A stretch of 11,490 nucleotides of DNA from Candidatus Krumholzibacteriota bacterium (lineage in GTDB: Bacteria; Krumholzibacteriota; Krumholzibacteriia; LZORAL124-64-63), in NCBI GenBank assembly GCA_039714075.1, contig JBDLKA010000108.1:1-11490 (forward strand), written 5' to 3'. The notes under the pieces were generated by a model that was not told the origin of the DNA, searched no databases, and was given only the letters and a program-made list of their open reading frames with translations. This document shows, piece after piece, positions 7,908 through 11,490 of the stretch. The position numbers were made by a program, and so were the translations under genes. Position 1 is the stretch's first letter. Each line of letters opens with the position of its first letter.

Positions 7908-8447
7908 TTACTTGCCAGCCGCCTTGCCGGCTTTTCTGGCCACGTATTCGCCCTCGTAACGGATGCCCTTGCCCTTGTAGGGCTCCGGCTTCCGGTAGGC
8001 GCGGATCTCTGCGGCAATCTGTCCCACCCGCTGCTTGTCGATACCTGCGACGGTAATATGGGTATTGTCCGGGCAGGTGATCGTGATGTCCTCGGGAATG
8101 GGGAATTCCACCGGGTGGCTGAACTGCAGCTGCAGATCCAGCACCTTGCCCTTGACGGCGGCCCGGTAACCCACACCGATGATTTCCAGCTTCTTCTCGA
8201 ACCCTACGGTGACCCCGTGGACCTGGTTGGCGATCAACGCCCGCACCAGTCCGTGCCGGGCCCGGACGGTCTTGGATTCGTCCGGACGGCCGATGGTCAG
8301 CTGCCCGTCCTTTTCCTCGAAGCTCAGGCCTTCGGGGATGTGCTGTTTGTGCTCACCCTTGGGTCCCTTCACCACCGAGGTGTTCCCGTCAACCTTGACG
8401 GTAACCCCGCTGGGGATGGGGATCGGGTTCTTGCCAATGCGCGACAT
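7908..8447 (-). CDS. rplF: 50S ribosomal protein L6
   Basis: MSRIGK.PI.IP.GV, VKGPKG, GVGYRA and PEPYKGKGIRY. GGAGG SD. Confidence 0.98.
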   Translation of the reverse strand: MSRIGKNPIPIPSGVTVKVDGNTSVVKGPKGEHKQHIPEGLSFEEKDGQLTIGRPDESKTVRARHGLVRALIANQVHGVTVGFEKKLEIIGVGYRAAVKGKVLDLQLQFSHPVEFPIPEDITITCPDNTHITVAGIDKQRVGQIAAEIRAYRKPEPYKGKGIRYEGEYVARKAGKAAGK

Positions 8448-8472
8448 TTCAATTCCTCCGCAATTCCGGAAT

Positions 8473-8502
8473 AACCAGCGGTTAAACCAGCCGTTGAACC
8501 AG
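8473..8502. repeat. Imperfect 12-nt tandem repeat (2.5 copies) in the rpsH-rplF spacer
   Basis: aaccagcggtta / aaccagccgttg / aaccag, with AACCAG starting at 8473, 8485 and 8497. Confidence 0.75.
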
Positions 8503-8510
8503 GGTGACGA

Positions 8511-8918
8511 CTACCAGACCTCGCACAGCACTTCGCCGCCGACGCCCCGCATCCGGCACTGGTGCCCCGTAAGAATGCCCTGGTTGGTCGACAGGATGGA
8601 GATGCCATACCCGCCGCACACCTTGGGGATGTTGTCCTTGCCGGCGAAAATCCGGCGGCCGGGCCGGCTGACGCGCCGGATCCCCTCGATGACGCCGATC
8701 CTCTGTCCGTCCCTCACGTAGTACTTGAGGAACAGGCGCAGGGAACCCTGGGCGTTGTTCTCGATTTCCTCGATCTTGTCGATGTAACCCTGCTTCTTGA
8801 GCAGCTGGGCCATCGCCCGCTTCTGGTTGGAGGCGGGAATTTCGACTCGCCGGTGACCCGCCTGGATGGCGTTCCGGATCCGAGTCAACATATCCGCGAT
8901 GGGATCGGTCATGCTCAT
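8511..8918 (-). CDS. rpsH: 30S ribosomal protein S8
   Basis: MTDPIADMLTRIRNA, RVSRPGRR, GISILST.QG and GGEVLC.VW. Confidence 0.98.
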   Translation of the reverse strand: MSMTDPIADMLTRIRNAIQAGHRRVEIPASNQKRAMAQLLKKQGYIDKIEEIENNAQGSLRLFLKYYVRDGQRIGVIEGIRRVSRPGRRIFAGKDNIPKVCGGYGISILSTNQGILTGHQCRMRGVGGEVLCEVW

Positions 8919-8939
8919 TGCATTAGCTCCTGGTTCTCT

Positions 8940-9125
8940 TTACCAACTGGCCTTGGTGATACCCGGGATATCACCGTTGAGGGCGAGTTGCCGGAAACAG
9001 ATACGACACATGCCAAATTTCCTGATGTAACCCCGGGGCCGACCGCAACGGCGACACCGGTTGTAAGCCCGAACCTTGAATTTGGGCTTCCTACCAGACT
9101 TGGCTATCAAAGCTTTCCTGGCCAC
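8940..9125 (-). CDS. rpsN: 30S ribosomal protein S14, short zinc-binding (type Z) form
   Basis: 61 aa with [19 protein letters not shown] and IPG.TKASW. GTG start with AAGGAGG SD. Confidence 0.97.
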   Translation of the reverse strand: MARKALIAKSGRKPKFKVRAYNRCRRCGRPRGYIRKFGMCRICFRQLALNGDIPGITKASW

Positions 9126-9138
9126 AGATCAATCCTCC

Positions 9139-9687
9139 TTAGCGCCTGAACGGCATTCCCAAGAGGCGCAACAGTTCGCGTCCTTCTTCGTCATTCCTGG
9201 CAGTAGTCACGATGGTCACGTTCATACCCCGGGCCTCGTCGACCTTGTCGTACTCGATCTCGGGGAAAATCAACTGGTCCTTCAAACCCAATGTGAAGTC
9301 GCCCCGGCCGCTCAAGCGCGTGGAGACACCGCGGAAATCCCGAATTCGGGGCAGCGCCACGTTGATGAAGCGGTCCAGGAACTCCCACATCCGCTGGTCG
9401 CGAAGCGTGACCCTCGCACCAATGTCCATACCTTCACGAAGCTTGAAATTCGAGATGGACTTGCGCGCCTTGGTCTTGACGGCCTTCTGACCGGTAATGG
9501 TCTCCAACTCGGCAACCGCGTGTTCCAGGATCTTGGGATTCGTCGGGGCCTTCCCCAGTCCCATGTTGATCACGACCTTGACCGGTTTCGGTATCTGCAT
9601 GGAGCTCGTGAAGCCGAACTTCTCCTGCAGGGCCGTGGTCACATCCTCTTCGAATTTTTCCCTCATACGGGGCTTTACAGCAGCCAT
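9139..9687 (-). CDS. rplE: 50S ribosomal protein L5
   Basis: [39 protein letters not shown] and LGMPF. Start set at ATG 9687 (MAAVKPR...), preceded by GGAAGGA. The ORF track start is GTG 9714, which lies inside a hairpin. Confidence 0.97.
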   Translation of the reverse strand: MAAVKPRMREKFEEDVTTALQEKFGFTSSMQIPKPVKVVINMGLGKAPTNPKILEHAVAELETITGQKAVKTKARKSISNFKLREGMDIGARVTLRDQRMWEFLDRFINVALPRIRDFRGVSTRLSGRGDFTLGLKDQLIFPEIEYDKVDEARGMNVTIVTTARNDEEGRELLRLLGMPFRR

Positions 9688-9701
9688 TGTTCTTTCCTTC
9701 C

Positions 9702-9737
9702 GGCAGCGCGGCACCTTTCCGTGCCCCGCGGCCTGCC
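9702..9737 (-). promoter_or_regulatory. Predicted mRNA stem-loop in the rplX-rplE spacer, next to the rplE SD
   Basis: mRNA GGCAG..CGC..GGCAC-GGAAAG-GTGCC-GCG-CTGCC pairs by eye. Function is not established. Confidence 0.5.
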
Positions 9738-9742
9738 AGCTT

Positions 9743-10057
9743 CTAGTCGTTCAGCATCTCGCCGCTTTTCTTGCTCACTCGAGCGCGGCTGCCGTCGGAC
9801 AGGACATCCTTGCCGATGCGGGTGGGTTTGCCCGTGTTGGGGCAGACCAGCATGACGTTGGAAGCGTTGATCGGGCCCTCTTTCTCGATGATCCCGCCCT
9901 GGGGAACATCCTTGCTGGCCCTGGTGTGACGTTTGACCATGTTGACCTTCTCGACGATGACCCGGTTCGAGGTGGGGAAGACCTTCAGGACCTTGCCCTC
10001 CTTGCCCTTGTCATTGCCGGAAAGCACCCGGACCATGTCGTTCTTGCGGATACGCAT
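9743..10057 (-). CDS. rplX: 50S ribosomal protein L24
   Basis: [24 protein letters not shown] (KOW motif), VIVEKVN.VKRH and GGIIEKE.PI.ASNV. The start ATG 10057 overlaps the rplN stop (TAATG). The ORF track extension to 10252 lies inside rplN. Confidence 0.97.
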   Translation of the reverse strand: MRIRKNDMVRVLSGNDKGKEGKVLKVFPTSNRVIVEKVNMVKRHTRASKDVPQGGIIEKEGPINASNVMLVCPNTGKPTRIGKDVLSDGSRARVSKKSGEMLND

Positions 10058-10428
10058 TACAGGACCTCCGGCGCGAGAGACACGATCTTCATGAACTTCT
10101 TCGCGCGCAGCTCCCGGGCCACCGGACCGAAGATACGGGTCCCGATGGGCTCGTTGCTCTCCTCGGCGAGGATGACCGCGGCGTTGTCGCCGAACCGGAT
10201 ATAGGAACCGTCGGTACGACCGATTTCCTTCCGGGTCCTGACGACCACACACTTGACGACCTGGCCCTTCTTCACGTTTCCGTTCGGAATGGCCGACTTA
10301 ACTGAGGCGACGATGACGTCACCCACCCGGGCGTAGCGCCTGCGCGATCCACCCAGGACACGGAAACATTCGACGACTTTGGCCCCCGAATTGTCCGCAA
10401 CGGTCAATCTTGTTGATTCCTGAATCAT
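10057..10428 (-). CDS. rplN: 50S ribosomal protein L14
   Basis: MIQ...[31 protein letters not shown] and [10 protein letters not shown]. Confidence 0.98.
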   Translation of the reverse strand: MIQESTRLTVADNSGAKVVECFRVLGGSRRRYARVGDVIVASVKSAIPNGNVKKGQVVKCVVVRTRKEIGRTDGSYIRFGDNAAVILAEESNEPIGTRIFGPVARELRAKKFMKIVSLAPEVL

Positions 10429-10446
10429 TGCATCATTCCTTGTGGG

Positions 10447-10713
10447 CTACTTGGCCTTTTCCAGGATCTCGGAGACCCGCCAACGCTTGGTCTTGGAGAG
10501 GGGACGGCAGGCCATGACCTTCACCACGTCGCCTTCCCGGCACTCGTTATCCGCATCGTGAGCCACGAGCTTGGCCGTCCGCGTAATGATCCTCTTGTAC
10601 AGGGGATGCGGGAACCGGCGGCTGACCTTGACGACCACGGTCTGGTCCATTTTGGAGGACACGACCTGGCCGATCCGGACGGCTCTGAGGTTTCGTTCGG
10701 TATTGCCCATCAT
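10447..10713 (-). CDS. rpsQ: 30S ribosomal protein S17
   Basis: G.VVSSKMD.TVVV.V, HPLYKR, AHD..N, GDVV and RPLSKTKRW. Start is ATG 10713 or 10710 after GGGAG. The ORF track start at 10752 is unlikely. Confidence 0.96.
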   Translation of the reverse strand: MMGNTERNLRAVRIGQVVSSKMDQTVVVKVSRRFPHPLYKRIITRTAKLVAHDADNECREGDVVKVMACRPLSKTKRWRVSEILEKAK

Positions 10714-10763
10714 TCCTTCTCCCTGGCTCCGGGGGCTTTCCCTCCGGGCCAACGTCCGCCGCC

Positions 10764-10961
10764 CTAGAGCGCGGCTCTCTTCTCGGTGATTATGGTCTTG
10801 ATAACCGCGATTTCCCGCCGGGCCGAACGGACCTGCAGGGGATTATCCACAGCCCTCATGTTGAGCTGAATCTTCAGGTTCATCAATTCTTCGGACTTTT
10901 CCCGCTCGAGGGTTTCGAGTTCCTCGAGGGGCAGATCCCGCAGTTCGTGGGCTTTCTTCAT
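10764..10961 (-). CDS. rpmC: 50S ribosomal protein L29
   Basis: KA.ELR.L..EEL, EL.NLK.Q and NP...R..RREIA.IKTI. Canonical position between rplP and rpsQ. ATG 10961 is preferred (GGGAG-N7) over GTG 10964. Confidence 0.95.
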   Translation of the reverse strand: MKKAHELRDLPLEELETLEREKSEELMNLKIQLNMRAVDNPLQVRSARREIAVIKTIITEKRAAL

Positions 10962-10963
10962 CA

Positions 10964-11377
10964 CTACTCTCCCGTCCGGCTGATAATGCGGGTCTTGAAG
11001 GGCAGTTTGGCCGCGCCAAGAGTCAGGGCCCTCTTGGCCGTCTCGTGATTGACCCCGTTGATCTCGAACAGGATCCGACCGGGCTTGACCACGGCCACCC
11101 AGTACTCCGGAGCGCCCTTACCTTTGCCCATCCGGGTTTCGGCGGGTTTCATGGTAATGGGCTTGTCCGGAAAGACCCGGATCCAGACCTGACCCACACG
11201 TTTCATGTGGCGGGTGATGGCGACACGAGTGGCCTCGATCTGGCGACTGGAAAGCCAGCCGGCGTCGGTGGCCATCAATCCGTAGTCGCCGAAGGAGATG
11301 GTGGATCCGCGGCGGGCGATACCCCGGTTGCGGCCCTTGTGCATCTTCCTGAACTTGGTGCGCTTCGGCATCAACAT
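10964..11377 (-). CDS. rplP: 50S ribosomal protein L16
   Basis: [43 protein letters not shown] and KLP.KT. Confidence 0.98.
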   Translation of the reverse strand: MLMPKRTKFRKMHKGRNRGIARRGSTISFGDYGLMATDAGWLSSRQIEATRVAITRHMKRVGQVWIRVFPDKPITMKPAETRMGKGKGAPEYWVAVVKPGRILFEINGVNHETAKRALTLGAAKLPFKTRIISRTGE

Positions 11378-11404
11378 GATACGTCGTCCTTATCGGTTAC
11401 TGCG

Positions 11405-11490
11405 CTAGGCGCGCTGCTCGACAACCTGCTTGCGCAGCTGCTCTTTGAAATCGTTGGGGAAGATCTCGCCCTTGCAGATCCAGACCTTGA
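11405..11490 (-). CDS. rpsC: 30S ribosomal protein S3, C-terminal end (partial)
   Basis: Hand translation gives KVWICKGEIFPNDFKEQLRKQVVEQRA*, containing the S3 C-terminal KVWI.KGE motif. Canonical position before rplP. Confidence 0.93.
   Translation of the reverse strand, partial: KVWICKGEIFPNDFKEQLRKQVVEQRA

Noticed and set aside
10058..10252. ORF-track N-terminal extensions of L24 (and similarly of L5, S17 and RpoA)
   Set aside because: These come from longest-ORF start calling. Downstream ATGs fit the family N-termini and SD or stop-start coupling better.

Overview
This GC-rich bacterial window is the downstream part of the conserved S10-spc-alpha ribosomal protein super-operon, and every gene lies on the minus strand. 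In transcription order the genes are rpsC (3' end)-rplP-rpmC-rpsQ-rplN-rplX-rplE-rpsN-rpsH-rplF-rplR-rpsE-rpmD-rplO-secY-adk-map-infA-rpmJ-rpsM-rpsK-rpsD-rpoA-rplQ (5' end). rpmJ and the two edge-truncated genes are missing from the ORF track and were translated by hand. Several start codons were moved using Shine-Dalgarno (SD) position and family N-termini. I see no mobile element, CRISPR array, RNA gene or foreign insertion, and I cannot support a new multi-gene system here. The most unusual item is ribosomal protein S5. It has a 60-aa N-terminal extension made only of Gly, Pro and Arg (six GPGGPGGR units with a GGA codon bias) and a 40-aa acidic C-terminal tail of nearly opposite charge. 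Smaller points are an insertion in the adenylate kinase zinc lid, hairpins next to ribosome-binding sites (including before rplE, rpsM and rpsD, where autoregulation is known in other bacteria), a 12-nt periodic spacer repeat, and frequent non-AUG starts.
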